DNA from: a virus
Taxonomy: Duplodnaviria; Caudoviricetes
Virus record (IMG/VR): IMGVR_UViG_3300014208_000052
Location: 1-54,655 of that record
Strand: one strand, 5' to 3'
Length of the DNA: 54,655 nt
The position numbers and the translations under genes are program-made. Numbering within the stretch: position 1 is the first letter of the stretch; every line of letters starts with the position of its first letter. Below the pieces are notes generated by a model. That model saw only the letters and a program-made list of their open reading frames with translations. It ran no database searches and was not told where the DNA came from. Of the stretch, positions 28,239 through 37,516 are shown piece after piece.

Positions 28239-28705
28239 GGTAGTGGGTCAGTTTGAAGATTTTTTCCGTTTCGGTTGACTAACGACCCGTGGTGGGGACC
28301 GTCACAAGCGTAATCTCCCACCACGGGCCTGTTGGTTCACTGTTTTGAATTGGCCACACTCGCCGCAACTCGGCAACTGGCAGACCCGCTCTCATCGCAG
28401 TAGAGAGTGCTCGAAATCCTTCCGACGCATCACCATGAAAACGAACGGTTGGCTCTGGGTATGCGTGCCCGTCGCCGCCCTCGCAGGCTTCAAACGTCTC
28501 GATATTATCTCGACGAAGGGCTATGACGGCCGGGGCAATTCCTGCGTCCAGTGGCGGATCAAATTGCTCTGTAGTGTTAGCCAGCATGATCGGGCGGAGG
28601 GTACAGGTATTTGACCAAGTGCACAATACTAATCAATTGTAAGCCACAAGAAAAGCCCCCCCGTGGTGGTAGACGCAAAAAACAACTTCAAACTGACCCA
28701 CTACC
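28239..28705. mobile_element. Non-autonomous IS1595-family-type element (MITE/mobile cassette) with a passenger gene
   Basis: Perfect 20-bp terminal inverted repeats GGTAGTGGGTCAGTTTGAAG (28239-28258 / 28686-28705); 8-bp direct repeat CTAATTTT at 28231-28238 and 28706-28713; no transposase. Confidence 0.88.
28279..28587 (-). CDS. Passenger hypothetical protein inside the element
   Basis: LDAGIAPAVxALRRxNIETFEACEGGDGHAYPEPTVRF; stop lies 21 nt inside the left TIR end. Confidence 0.65.
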   Translation of the reverse strand: MLANTTEQFDPPLDAGIAPAVIALRRDNIETFEACEGGDGHAYPEPTVRFHGDASEGFRALSTAMRAGLPVAELRRVWPIQNSEPTGPWWEITLVTVPTTGR

Positions 28706-28824
28706 CTAATTTTGTACAAAAGTGCTGGTATTCTTATCCATGCCCGTATTCCCGTTCGGGAATGCTTGATGTTACGGACTGTAAGGGTGACATTTCGTAG
28801 CCCTTTCTGCACTCCGATGCGCGT

Positions 28825-29136
28825 TTACGTATTCTCCTCATAGTACGGAAACTCTAACCGCGATCTGGCAAAGCCGAGTGCTGTCGGAAGTGGCGTCAGA
28901 GGGTGGCCGCTAATGGCTCGCTTCTCTGGGCGAAGGTATTGATCGGCCGCAACCAACGTGGAAGTCGGTATCCCCTGGCAGGCGTTGATACAAGCGACGA
29001 TGCGCTCCATGTTGACCGGGGACGGAAGCAGATCGGCTTCTCCCTCCATGTCGTATTCTAAAACGGCACAACTCATGCCATCCACAATGCCTATATGTGG
29101 GCCGCATACCAGCCACGGTTCTGGGCTATGGTTCAT
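28825..29136 (-). CDS. Conserved phage hypothetical protein
   Basis: HSPEPW...NMERIVACINACQGIPT, a common phage family. Confidence 0.65.
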   Translation of the reverse strand: MNHSPEPWLVCGPHIGIVDGMSCAVLEYDMEGEADLLPSPVNMERIVACINACQGIPTSTLVAADQYLRPEKRAISGHPLTPLPTALGFARSRLEFPYYEENT

Positions 29137-29181
29137 TATCCTATCCTTGCGTGTGTTTTGTCGTATTCCCGATCAGGAATG

Positions 29182-29442
29182 CTACGTATCCTCCGCGTAG
29201 CAGGGCCATTCTTTCCCTGCCATCCGATTGCGGTATTTGCGGATTTTCTCTTTCCGGCCAGGGTCGCGCATAAATCGCAGCACACAATCATTTAGGGCCA
29301 CGTCGCACTTCATGCAAAGCGGACGCACCGTATTGTCGTCAGCACAAATCTGCCATTGGCAGTGTGACGGTTGGCCACCCCGGTAACACGGCACCCGGCG
29401 GATGCCAGTCTGGGTGTATGGCTTTGTTCTACGCGACATCAA
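29182..29442 (-). CDS. Hypothetical Cys-containing protein
   Basis: RxKPYTxxGIRRVPC...QWQICAD...PLCxxCD. Confidence 0.6.
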   Translation of the reverse strand: MMSRRTKPYTQTGIRRVPCYRGGQPSHCQWQICADDNTVRPLCMKCDVALNDCVLRFMRDPGRKEKIRKYRNRMAGKEWPCYAEDT

Positions 29443-29458
29443 ACATTCTCTCCTTCTG

Positions 29459-29490
29459 CGTTTCGCGTAGTATATATACTACGCGAAACG
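29459..29490. repeat. Perfect 32-bp palindrome
   Basis: CGTTTCGCGTAGTATA|TATACTACGCGAAACG, intergenic. Confidence 0.9.
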
Positions 29491-29492
29491 GG

Positions 29493-30065
29493 CTAAATCA
29501 CTCCCGCCTTGATTGACGCGGCCAACTTCTTTGCATATTCGTGTAGTTCGTCCAGCTTGCCGCTCTTGCCAACAACGTCATCCCACCCGTCGTAGTCCAC
29601 CAGGGCTTGGTCGGCAACGGTTTGCTTGGGTTTGACGCCAGGACGCACCACCTTGATCAGAAACCCGCCTGCTTCCTTGATGGCTTCGACCTCGTTGGGG
29701 AACCGAACATCGGGAATGATAAGCACGTCGGCGTCGTGCTTGGTCTTGAGAACGTAGTCAACCCACGTCATGTCGTAGACCTTCTCTCGGACAGCCGGCG
29801 TTCCGAACGCCACCCAAATCTCTACTGGCGTCATGCCGAGAGCGGGCAGATTCACGTCGCGGTACTTCTCGCCTGTAGCCGTGTCGTAGTATTCCGGTTC
29901 GCGGAGGCCCGCCCATGCGTACAACTCATGGCATATCTGCTTGAGCTTCCACGCAAACGGCATCTTAATGGCCTTGAGTTTCCGTCGCTTGCAAGACAGA
30001 AGCAAGTAGTTGGCCAACGAATCCTTGCCCGCGCGGCTAAAATGCCCCAGCCCAATGATCTTCAT
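29493..30065 (-). CDS. Deoxynucleoside monophosphate kinase
   Basis: IIGLGHxxRAGKDS P-loop, FAWKLK, IPDVRFPNE; ATGA-coupled start at 30065. Confidence 0.85.
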   Translation of the reverse strand: MKIIGLGHFSRAGKDSLANYLLLSCKRRKLKAIKMPFAWKLKQICHELYAWAGLREPEYYDTATGEKYRDVNLPALGMTPVEIWVAFGTPAVREKVYDMTWVDYVLKTKHDADVLIIPDVRFPNEVEAIKEAGGFLIKVVRPGVKPKQTVADQALVDYDGWDDVVGKSGKLDELHEYAKKLAASIKAGVI

Positions 30066-30619
30066 GCTTGTACTTCCTTGATAATGTCGTCCAATGTCCA
30101 ACGGATAAATGCCACGGGGTCGGCGATGTCGTAGTTGGCGTTCCACGGCCTCGGTACGAGAACAACGCCACCACAATGATGCGAGAAGCACGCGCAGTTG
30201 GCGTCCGAGTCGTCAATCAGAATTGCATCAGGACCGGCACAAAACTGTTTGGCGGGTCCGAGCATGTATTGCCGTGCATACCTGGGCAAGTTAGCTTGTA
30301 TCCACCGCAACTTACCCAATGCGCTGTAGGCAGAGTCCGATGGACAACTCAACAGACACACGTTCTCTTGCCCAAACGTGGACTCGCAAACATCTAAAAT
30401 AGCCATTGCTTCGGGCGTGAATTGCAACGATTCCCAGAATGTGGTCGAGTTGAGCGGCTGCCAAAATTGTTCGTCGGTAATGTGCCAGAGCCTAGCCATA
30501 TCCCACTGGCCAGAAGCCCTAGGTGTAAGCGGCACGTATGGATTTGGTAGGTCGTGAGCCAAAGAAGCCCCGCCGGCGAAATCAACCAAAACCCCGTCCA
30601 TATCGAGAAAGCATTTCAT
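30062..30619 (-). CDS. 5'(3')-deoxyribonucleotidase (HAD family)
   Basis: LDMDGVLVDF motif I, GKxxWI, K, ILIDD motif IV, PRPWN. Confidence 0.88.
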   Translation of the reverse strand: MKCFLDMDGVLVDFAGGASLAHDLPNPYVPLTPRASGQWDMARLWHITDEQFWQPLNSTTFWESLQFTPEAMAILDVCESTFGQENVCLLSCPSDSAYSALGKLRWIQANLPRYARQYMLGPAKQFCAGPDAILIDDSDANCACFSHHCGGVVLVPRPWNANYDIADPVAFIRWTLDDIIKEVQA

Positions 30620-30879
30620 GTTCTATACCTTGGAAAGATTTTGTATCTAAGCAACACCACTAGGCAAGCAAAGTTCACTAAGTAGTTTCCCAGTAGCCAC
30701 GGGCAGGCATCCAGCGACCGCACGGTTTCGGCAATGCAGCAAACCTCCCCGAAGAACCACAATCCGAGAAACCATGCCGACAACTCCGTGGCGTGTCCGT
30801 TTCGGTATACCTTCCACGCTTGCGGCATAGCACACAAGGCAAACGCTACGCCTCCGAGGTAGCCGAGAATGGGCGTCAT
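30616..30879 (-). CDS. PQ-loop/SemiSWEET-like 3-TM membrane protein
   Basis: LGYLGGxxFALCAMPQAWK...LSxWFL...GE...NY; three hydrophobic segments. Confidence 0.8.
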   Translation of the reverse strand: MTPILGYLGGVAFALCAMPQAWKVYRNGHATELSAWFLGLWFFGEVCCIAETVRSLDACPWLLGNYLVNFACLVVLLRYKIFPRYRT

Positions 30880-31115
30880 TGCGGGAGTATCCTGTACGCT
30901 GGAACCGTTCGTGTCTTTCCGTCCAGACCGGGACGACGCACCAGTTCGCACGATAGCCGTCCAGCCATCTGCGCCGCGCGAAACCTCTTGCGTATCCAGT
31001 CGATGGCATGGCCTGTCCGTATCTGCCACTCGATCATCGTCAAGGCGTCTTTCGATTCGTTGCCTACCACGGTCAACTCGGCAAACAGCGCATCGAGGTC
31101 CGGTATCTCGATCAC
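30876..31115 (-). CDS. Small winged-helix-like hypothetical protein
   Basis: GTGA-coupled to phosphoesterase stop; ends RPGLDGxxRxVPAYRI. Confidence 0.5.
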   Translation of the reverse strand: MIEIPDLDALFAELTVVGNESKDALTMIEWQIRTGHAIDWIRKRFRAAQMAGRLSCELVRRPGLDGKTRTVPAYRILPQ

Positions 31116-31930
31116 ACCCGATGCACCTTTGCAACTGTGGACGCTATCGTTTTCACGTATTCGTGTCTTTGACATATGTGTCCTTTCGTGTCTACGTCGA
31201 ATGCGACCACGCCCCAGTCGACGGTCCCGCTGCATCGACGTGCGCCGAATCTAGTACCCATCGCTTGCAATGCGGGGAGCGTCATAAACTCCCGCTTTTT
31301 CCCACCGACGTAACGGTAGCCGCCGACGCAGTAGTGAACATGGCTACGCACGATCATGTTGGCACGCGGTTGTAGCCCCGCTTCCGCCCATACCGCGTTC
31401 CATACTTCGTCCTTGCCGCTTGGCGTCACGCGGCCGTAGGGCACGCTGGACGATCCAACGTGGTGCTTCACGTCGAACACGTAGCCGTTTACGTCAATCC
31501 ATTCGTGTGCGCCGATCTTCACCGCGTAGCCTTTGGCTAGCAGCATCTCCGCAATGATGTGTTCCCAAGATTCTATCTCGCCACAGTGATAACCAGTGCC
31601 CTCGGTAAGCACAATTTCCTTGGCATTCCACACGTCGATGCAGTCCACCGCCATCTTGCACTGCTCGTTGCGGTCGCCGGTAATCAGTTCGACCCCGCCC
31701 GACTTCTCGCCTCGCCCGTCGATGCAATCGCCGTTGACTACCAGACAATCTACCTTTCGCAACTTGCGCGCGATGTCCATATAGTTCCGCCAACACTCGG
31801 CCTGGACGCGGGTAAACTTCTTCCAGACGTGTTCGTTCGAGCATTCTCTGAATCGCCAATCGGGCGGCGTCAGTCCGGCACGGTGGCCGCAATGGAGGTC
31901 GCCGATTAGGACGATTCGTTTGGTGGGCAT
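31112..31930 (-). CDS. Calcineurin-like metallophosphoesterase
   Basis: GDLHCGH, NGDCIDG, GTGYH, HH, SHVH motifs. Confidence 0.85.
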   Translation of the reverse strand: MPTKRIVLIGDLHCGHRAGLTPPDWRFRECSNEHVWKKFTRVQAECWRNYMDIARKLRKVDCLVVNGDCIDGRGEKSGGVELITGDRNEQCKMAVDCIDVWNAKEIVLTEGTGYHCGEIESWEHIIAEMLLAKGYAVKIGAHEWIDVNGYVFDVKHHVGSSSVPYGRVTPSGKDEVWNAVWAEAGLQPRANMIVRSHVHYCVGGYRYVGGKKREFMTLPALQAMGTRFGARRCSGTVDWGVVAFDVDTKGHICQRHEYVKTIASTVAKVHRV

Positions 31931-32263
31931 TTATCGTTCCTTGTTCCAGCGGAGAAACGCCTGATACACCGTAGCAAACGCCGCACCCCAAACAGTACTA
32001 TGGTCGATCAGTTGTGCCCGCTCGCCGCCCTTGTATCCAGCTAGTACGTGGGACCACTCGTGTTGCAGGGCGTCAATAGCCGCCTGATAGCCAAGTGCCG
32101 GTGAAATGCAAATTTTGTACGCAGTCCCGTCGTGGGTGACTTCCGCCAATCCGCCGGACACTCGCCGACGAACGACAACGATGTGGTGTGGACCTGGGCA
32201 CTCGGCATCCAAGTGTGCGATCAGGTCTTTCCATAGTCGTTTTTGCCGTTCGGTCCATCGCAT
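31931..32263 (-). CDS. Small HExxH zincin-like protein
   Basis: ALQHEWSH plus downstream DH; TGATG-coupled start at 32263. Confidence 0.6.
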   Translation of the reverse strand: MRWTERQKRLWKDLIAHLDAECPGPHHIVVVRRRVSGGLAEVTHDGTAYKICISPALGYQAAIDALQHEWSHVLAGYKGGERAQLIDHSTVWGAAFATVYQAFLRWNKER

Positions 32264-32508
32264 CAATGCTTCTCCGTAGGTGGCGAGTTCGATTGCCACG
32301 GCTTGATACCCATCCTTCTCGCCAACTCGTTGAGCGAGATACAATGACACTCGCTTGGGGGCTGCCCGCACGATTGGCACATTGTCGGAACGTCGGGGGT
32401 TGTTGGTATGTCCCGACAATCTGTACCCTTACCAAACGCCGCGTCCCCGTTGGCGGCAAGCTGTTCGTCGGAGATTGCTTTCGGCCTGCGTCGGCTACCC
32501 TTGCTCAC
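32263..32508 (-). CDS. Hypothetical protein
   Basis: 81 aa, CQSCG..CHC; coupled to neighbours. Confidence 0.45.
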   Translation of the reverse strand: MSKGSRRRPKAISDEQLAANGDAAFGKGTDCRDIPTTPDVPTMCQSCGQPPSECHCISLNELARRMGIKPWQSNSPPTEKH

Positions 32509-32975
32509 AGTTGGCCTCCACTGTTTCGTATTCGTTGTGTCGAGCCAACCGCATCAACACATCCCCGCTAGATGTCGGGTCTGTGACCCACTTGCCGCTG
32601 CCTAACTGCCACCATCGCCCCGGTTGCCAACGGACGCCAACCCAACGACCTTGCGATACGACCGTTTCTTCCGGCTGCATTTTCCGCAACGTCGGCAACC
32701 CCGCGAGGCACAATCCACCTCCAAATATTTTACCCTAATCAGGGCCTTATCTGGAGGATAATCGGCGATCTCAGGCAACGGCGTAATCGTCACATACGCG
32801 CACTCGCCTACCGCAAGGAGCTTTTGCGCTTCGACATATCGTTGTTCCCACGGCACGCATACACATGACTCGGTCGGTGACGGTGTGCTATTCATCAAGA
32901 CGGCCTCTGATGTAGAAACCCACGAGAAATGCGACCAAAACCAAAATTGCCTCTGCGGTCTCGTCACTCATATTC

Positions 32976-33473
32976 TTACCCTATCCTCGATTCGCATAGT
33001 GGGCATACGTGGTTCTTCACCTGGATCAACGCACGCATGACCGACTCGCTCTCGCTGCGATGCACGGCGTTGTAGAACGATTCTGGGTCTTTATGTAACG
33101 CGGCAATGACTTGCGTAACGGACAGCCCTGCCTCCTTGGCAATCGGTTCTTCGTAGAGCCAAGCCATGAACTTGCGGCACTGGAACAGCGAATCCAAAAA
33201 AGTTGCACTCGCCTCGGCGTACTCGGCAATGCAGGCATTGAGGCGCTGCTTGGCCGCTCGTAGCTTCACGGCCTGTGCCTGACACGCATCGAGTTCCTTG
33301 ATGTTGCTGCGAATCAACGCGGCGACAACGTACCCTACGGGGTCTACTACCTTTCGCCGTTCGTCGTCTTTCCACTCGTTGCGAATCTCGGCAGCCGTCA
33401 TGGCCACCTCGGGCGACAAGCCCGTTAAGTCGTCAAGCGTGTCCGTCACTGCAACCTCCGTGCTGGTGGTCAT
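32976..33473 (-). CDS. Hypothetical protein
   Basis: 165 aa, TAATG coupling, C-terminal CPLC. Confidence 0.55.
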   Translation of the reverse strand: MTTSTEVAVTDTLDDLTGLSPEVAMTAAEIRNEWKDDERRKVVDPVGYVVAALIRSNIKELDACQAQAVKLRAAKQRLNACIAEYAEASATFLDSLFQCRKFMAWLYEEPIAKEAGLSVTQVIAALHKDPESFYNAVHRSESESVMRALIQVKNHVCPLCESRIG

Positions 33474-33724
33474 TACTCAGGTATCCACGGCTCGCGTTCG
33501 CTCAGGTCGTTCCGCTTGGCAAGTATCTTCTGCTGCAACTCGGCTGCCAATCCGATGCACGTTAGCGACGTTCCACTCCATACGTGCGTAGCGTGGTGGT
33601 CTACGCTCCCATCCTCTCGATCATTGACAATGGCCAACGCCGCAAACACGGTGCAATCGTACCGCTTGACCAGTTCGCTAATCAGTTCGTCAGTGTCGGC
33701 TAGCTCAAGGTCTATGTTGTGCAT
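33473..33724 (-). CDS. Hypothetical protein
   Basis: 83 aa, DLELxxTDELIxEL pattern. Confidence 0.55.
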   Translation of the reverse strand: MHNIDLELADTDELISELVKRYDCTVFAALAIVNDREDGSVDHHATHVWSGTSLTCIGLAAELQQKILAKRNDLSEREPWIPE

Positions 33725-34512
33725 GGGTTCAATGCCCTTTGGGCGTAAGTGCAAAAGGTGTTGTCGTAGTCGCGGCAGTTGTCGGCGGTGAGGCGGTTGT
33801 TCCATCGCTGTGCATTTGGATGTCCTCCAAACCAATGAATGCCAGTGGAGTTCTCGGGCACGGTATTGGTTTCGCTAAATATCCTGTGCGTCTGCCGATA
33901 ATCCCAAGGGTAGACGGTAGCGTCCGGCAGCACCACTACATGCTGGGCTGGATACCGTTTGTCCAGGCTGTCGACTTTCCCGATGTGATTGTCTAGCACT
34001 AATACTCCACACGATTGATACTCGTTCGTGCGGTAGCTGTGGCCTGCTAGTCGGAACACGTCGCCCCAAAATGGTGAGCCCCCAGAACTAGCCATAAGGC
34101 CAACGGCAAACACATTGGCAGTCTTGCATAAAACTACATCCGTCTTTGCAGCAACATCAATCATCGGCCGACACCACAAGATGTCCATGTCGGAATACCA
34201 GCCACCGATGGTGCTTAGGTAGTCATAGCTGAATAAATCGCTGGCCGGCGCTGCCGCCATGTGGGGAACAGGCGATTTCCACTGGTGCCGTGCAATCTCT
34301 AGGCTCTCGACCAATGCGTTGTAGTCGGGACCGGCATATTCCATGTCGTCACATTCGATTGTATTCCATGTTTTTCCAGCACACGGCAAGGTCGGCGTAT
34401 ATAGCTGCATCTCCCATTCTGGGTTCCAGCGACGAAAGCTCGCCAAAGTCATGTATCGCATCCACGACATTGGCCCGCCATGCCAAAAGAAAGCCATGCG
34501 ATTAGGAATCAC
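33712..34512 (-). CDS. Glycosyltransferase, DXD sugar-binding (GT32-like)
   Basis: MIPxxxxFFW, SDLF, GGWYSDMD, HWFGG. Confidence 0.85.
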   Translation of the reverse strand: MIPNRMAFFWHGGPMSWMRYMTLASFRRWNPEWEMQLYTPTLPCAGKTWNTIECDDMEYAGPDYNALVESLEIARHQWKSPVPHMAAAPASDLFSYDYLSTIGGWYSDMDILWCRPMIDVAAKTDVVLCKTANVFAVGLMASSGGSPFWGDVFRLAGHSYRTNEYQSCGVLVLDNHIGKVDSLDKRYPAQHVVVLPDATVYPWDYRQTHRIFSETNTVPENSTGIHWFGGHPNAQRWNNRLTADNCRDYDNTFCTYAQRALNPCTT

Positions 34513-36587
34513 GATAGGCGCTCCCGTGCGGTGCCAAAGAGTTTTCTATCGGCGACCATGCCTAGTATCTCGGCATTGCGCAACTGAGCCAGATTCGAGA
34601 CGGCCCCCGTGTCGATGCGTGGGGTAGTGCGGCCGCGCCAATTTCTCCCGACGCGAGTACCAATCTCGGCAATGCCCTCTGGTCCTAAATGCAACACGTT
34701 AAAGGCCGTGCGTTTGCGATTTGCGATAGGAAATAGCGCCTGAAAATCGCTATCACATCCACCCGCATGTACCCAGTCGATGCTATACCAGGGTCTCTGC
34801 GGTACAGCGGACGCATGAAACAACTGAAAAAAACCATCGTATTCGTGAGGCAGTGTTGGCGATGGGAGCGTAGCCCAATCTAGTGTATCCGTAAAATCGC
34901 GAGGATCGGTTAGGATACGCCGAGCCGGTCCATACAGACACTCTTGCTGCATGTTTGGAATATGAATGTCACTGGGCATAACAATGTCCGCGTCCCATAC
35001 GCATATCCACCCATTGCGCCCCAGCACATCAAAGCCTTCTTCCATCGCTGCGCCTTTGTTGAAGGCAGCGCCATTGCGATAAAAGGCGTCGGTAATGTGG
35101 CAGATACACCCGAGATTGTCGCATAAGGCTTGCGCCCGTTTGTCTGTTGTCGATGTCACTACAAGCGTTTTCTGGAAGTGCTGCTTGTTGCGAGGCAACG
35201 TAATTTCTAGAAAGTCGTCGTAGTCAACGCATACCGTGATGGAATTGATGCTTGGCTTTCCCAGGTCAGCGATTTTCCACAGACCTAAGCTTTTGTCGCT
35301 GTACTGAGGATAGTATTCACTGCAATGTTCGTTTAACAGGGCAAGTGGTGGTGGAAAATTGAACGGAGGTTCTTGCAGATTATAAGGGGACCACTCGCCC
35401 GTCCGTATCGTCTTGGTATTTTGATGATGCGGAAATGTTGTCGCCAGGAGATATGTACTGCCGCTTCGCTGTAGGTTGGCCACCGCAAGGGCAACGTCAG
35501 CGTGCGATAGATGCACCATTCCGTCGCGGCACAACACTAGGTCAACGGTTGGCAAGTCGGACGTGAGTAGGTTTAAGTGTGGAAACACACATTTATGTCC
35601 GCCGTAAAGTGTTTGGTTGTTCTCTACGAGTGATCGCACAATGTCTGCCCCGACGTAGCGTTCGATGCCTAAGTCCACATGGCGCATCCAATGATAATCA
35701 CCACATGGAATATCCAGCAGTGTTTTGACACTATACTGGCGCAGCAGGCCCGGCAACTGCTTGCGTACCTCTGCCGTGGCGGTCAACGACGATCCGGGGC
35801 CGCTAACCGATTCCGTGCCGCCGAAAGCCCTAGTGTTGTAATGGCTCGTGAACACCGATTCCGTCTCCATCTCCGGCTCGACGTAAGGCCAAGGGCCACC
35901 CGATGAGCACCACATTCCCGTGCCTTGCTGGGCGGAACGGCGTTTGTTCTGATATAGGTCGCGTGTTTTCCATTCGATTGTCAAATCATTGCGAATGGGA
36001 TGGTATAAATGATGACCAACAATAGCCGTGCTAAACACGGGCTGCAACTTTGCACCGCGAATTAAACAATCTCCAAACCAATCATCGTCATAGGCTGGTG
36101 CAATGACAAACTCCTCATCATTGCCACCAACGGCATATAGGTCCTTGCGGTACAGCGAACCGAGAAAGAAAAACGGTCGTTGCCGAGAGGGTCCAGTATA
36201 CTCACCACAGATGCCGCCGGAGGGGTTGCAACAAAACACGTTGGCAATGACGAAAGTTCCGGGGCGCAATTCAGTCACCAGTCGCTCGATGGTGTTCGGC
36301 GTGACGTGGACCACTTCATCGCTCTGGGCAATGATTATCTCGCCCGATGCCGCACGATACGCCACGTTACGGGCAACGCATGGATTGCGGAAGCCGTGTT
36401 CTCGGTTGACGCGATGGTACTGCACGGGAAAGTTCGCACAGACATCGCGCGTGGAATGGCCTTCTGAGCCGTCGTCTACAACGATCACCTCGAAGTCAAA
36501 CGGAGGGTGCTGGGCAAAGATGCTTGCCAGCGTCTGCTGGAGCAATGGGGCCTTGTCGTAGGTCGCAATACAGATTGAGCATTTCAC
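34509..36587 (-). CDS. Tri-domain GT2 + SAM methyltransferase + second GT-A domain
   Basis: EVIVVDDGS/ARN/GGNDEEF (GT2); SGPGSS, LLDIPCGD, DLVLCRD (class I MTase); ITVCVDYDDFL, FNKG, WDADI (GT-A). Confidence 0.85.
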   Translation of the reverse strand: MKCSICIATYDKAPLLQQTLASIFAQHPPFDFEVIVVDDGSEGHSTRDVCANFPVQYHRVNREHGFRNPCVARNVAYRAASGEIIIAQSDEVVHVTPNTIERLVTELRPGTFVIANVFCCNPSGGICGEYTGPSRQRPFFFLGSLYRKDLYAVGGNDEEFVIAPAYDDDWFGDCLIRGAKLQPVFSTAIVGHHLYHPIRNDLTIEWKTRDLYQNKRRSAQQGTGMWCSSGGPWPYVEPEMETESVFTSHYNTRAFGGTESVSGPGSSLTATAEVRKQLPGLLRQYSVKTLLDIPCGDYHWMRHVDLGIERYVGADIVRSLVENNQTLYGGHKCVFPHLNLLTSDLPTVDLVLCRDGMVHLSHADVALAVANLQRSGSTYLLATTFPHHQNTKTIRTGEWSPYNLQEPPFNFPPPLALLNEHCSEYYPQYSDKSLGLWKIADLGKPSINSITVCVDYDDFLEITLPRNKQHFQKTLVVTSTTDKRAQALCDNLGCICHITDAFYRNGAAFNKGAAMEEGFDVLGRNGWICVWDADIVMPSDIHIPNMQQECLYGPARRILTDPRDFTDTLDWATLPSPTLPHEYDGFFQLFHASAVPQRPWYSIDWVHAGGCDSDFQALFPIANRKRTAFNVLHLGPEGIAEIGTRVGRNWRGRTTPRIDTGAVSNLAQLRNAEILGMVADRKLFGTARERLS

Positions 36588-37516
36588 GATGCGACTCCCT
36601 CCCTCTGGTTGGCAGCCCACTCCATGTATTCAGCAATCCCGTCAGCCAACTCCACTTGTGGAACATATCCCAAACACATGCGCGCAGCAGCAATATCTGC
36701 CACACTGTCTTGTACGTCGCCAGCCCGAGGTGGTGCGGTATTGATTGTTGCGTGGGTGTCCGACTTCGATTCCATCATGCCCAGCAAGTCCACGATGCTG
36801 GTGGCCCGGCCGCTTCCAATGTTGTACACACCAGACTCGCGGGAAGCGGCTGCGCGGTAATTGGCCATCACTACATCGCGAACATGCACAAAATCGCGGG
36901 TCTGCGAGCCGTTGCCGTAGATGGTAAGTGGCTCGTTGCGAAGTAAGTGCCTGGCAAAAATCGGAATCACATTGCCATAAGCATCATAACGTTGGTTTGG
37001 CCCGTACACATTGAAATAGCGCAAGCACACGACGCCAATACCGTAAAGACGACCATAAGCCAAACACATTTTTTCGGCGTACAACTTAGAGCAGCCATAA
37101 GGCGAATCAGGTTCGCAAGGATGGTTTTCCGAAATCGGAATCGTTTCGAGTTGACCAAAGATGCCAGCCGACGATGAAAATACAACCCTGGGAATGTTGT
37201 ATCGGCGTGCAATTTCCATCACGTTGATGGTCCCAATGACGTTGGTTTCGGCGTCCCCAATCGGATCGGCAAGGGATCGCGAGTTCCCAACTGATGCAGC
37301 GAGATGATAAATGACATTTACCCCCTTGGCAACGGAGGCCAAGGCTTTTGTGGATGTTACGGAACCAAGATCAAAGTCTATGTCGCATGCGTACAAATTG
37401 TCGATGTGTCCTGTGGATAGATCGTCCAAAACGCGCACGCGATCATTGCGCTGTAACAGTGTTCGCGTGAGATGCGAGCCAATAAACCCCGCGCCTCCGG
37501 TGACGAGAGCTAACAC
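36584..37516 (-). CDS. NAD-dependent epimerase/dehydratase (GalE/WbpP-like)
   Basis: ALVTGGAGFIGSH, SSSA, YGCSK, LRYFNVYGP, GNGSQTRDFVHV. Confidence 0.93.
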   Translation of the reverse strand: MLALVTGGAGFIGSHLTRTLLQRNDRVRVLDDLSTGHIDNLYACDIDFDLGSVTSTKALASVAKGVNVIYHLAASVGNSRSLADPIGDAETNVIGTINVMEIARRYNIPRVVFSSSAGIFGQLETIPISENHPCEPDSPYGCSKLYAEKMCLAYGRLYGIGVVCLRYFNVYGPNQRYDAYGNVIPIFARHLLRNEPLTIYGNGSQTRDFVHVRDVVMANYRAAASRESGVYNIGSGRATSIVDLLGMMESKSDTHATINTAPPRAGDVQDSVADIAAARMCLGYVPQVELADGIAEYMEWAANQREGVAS

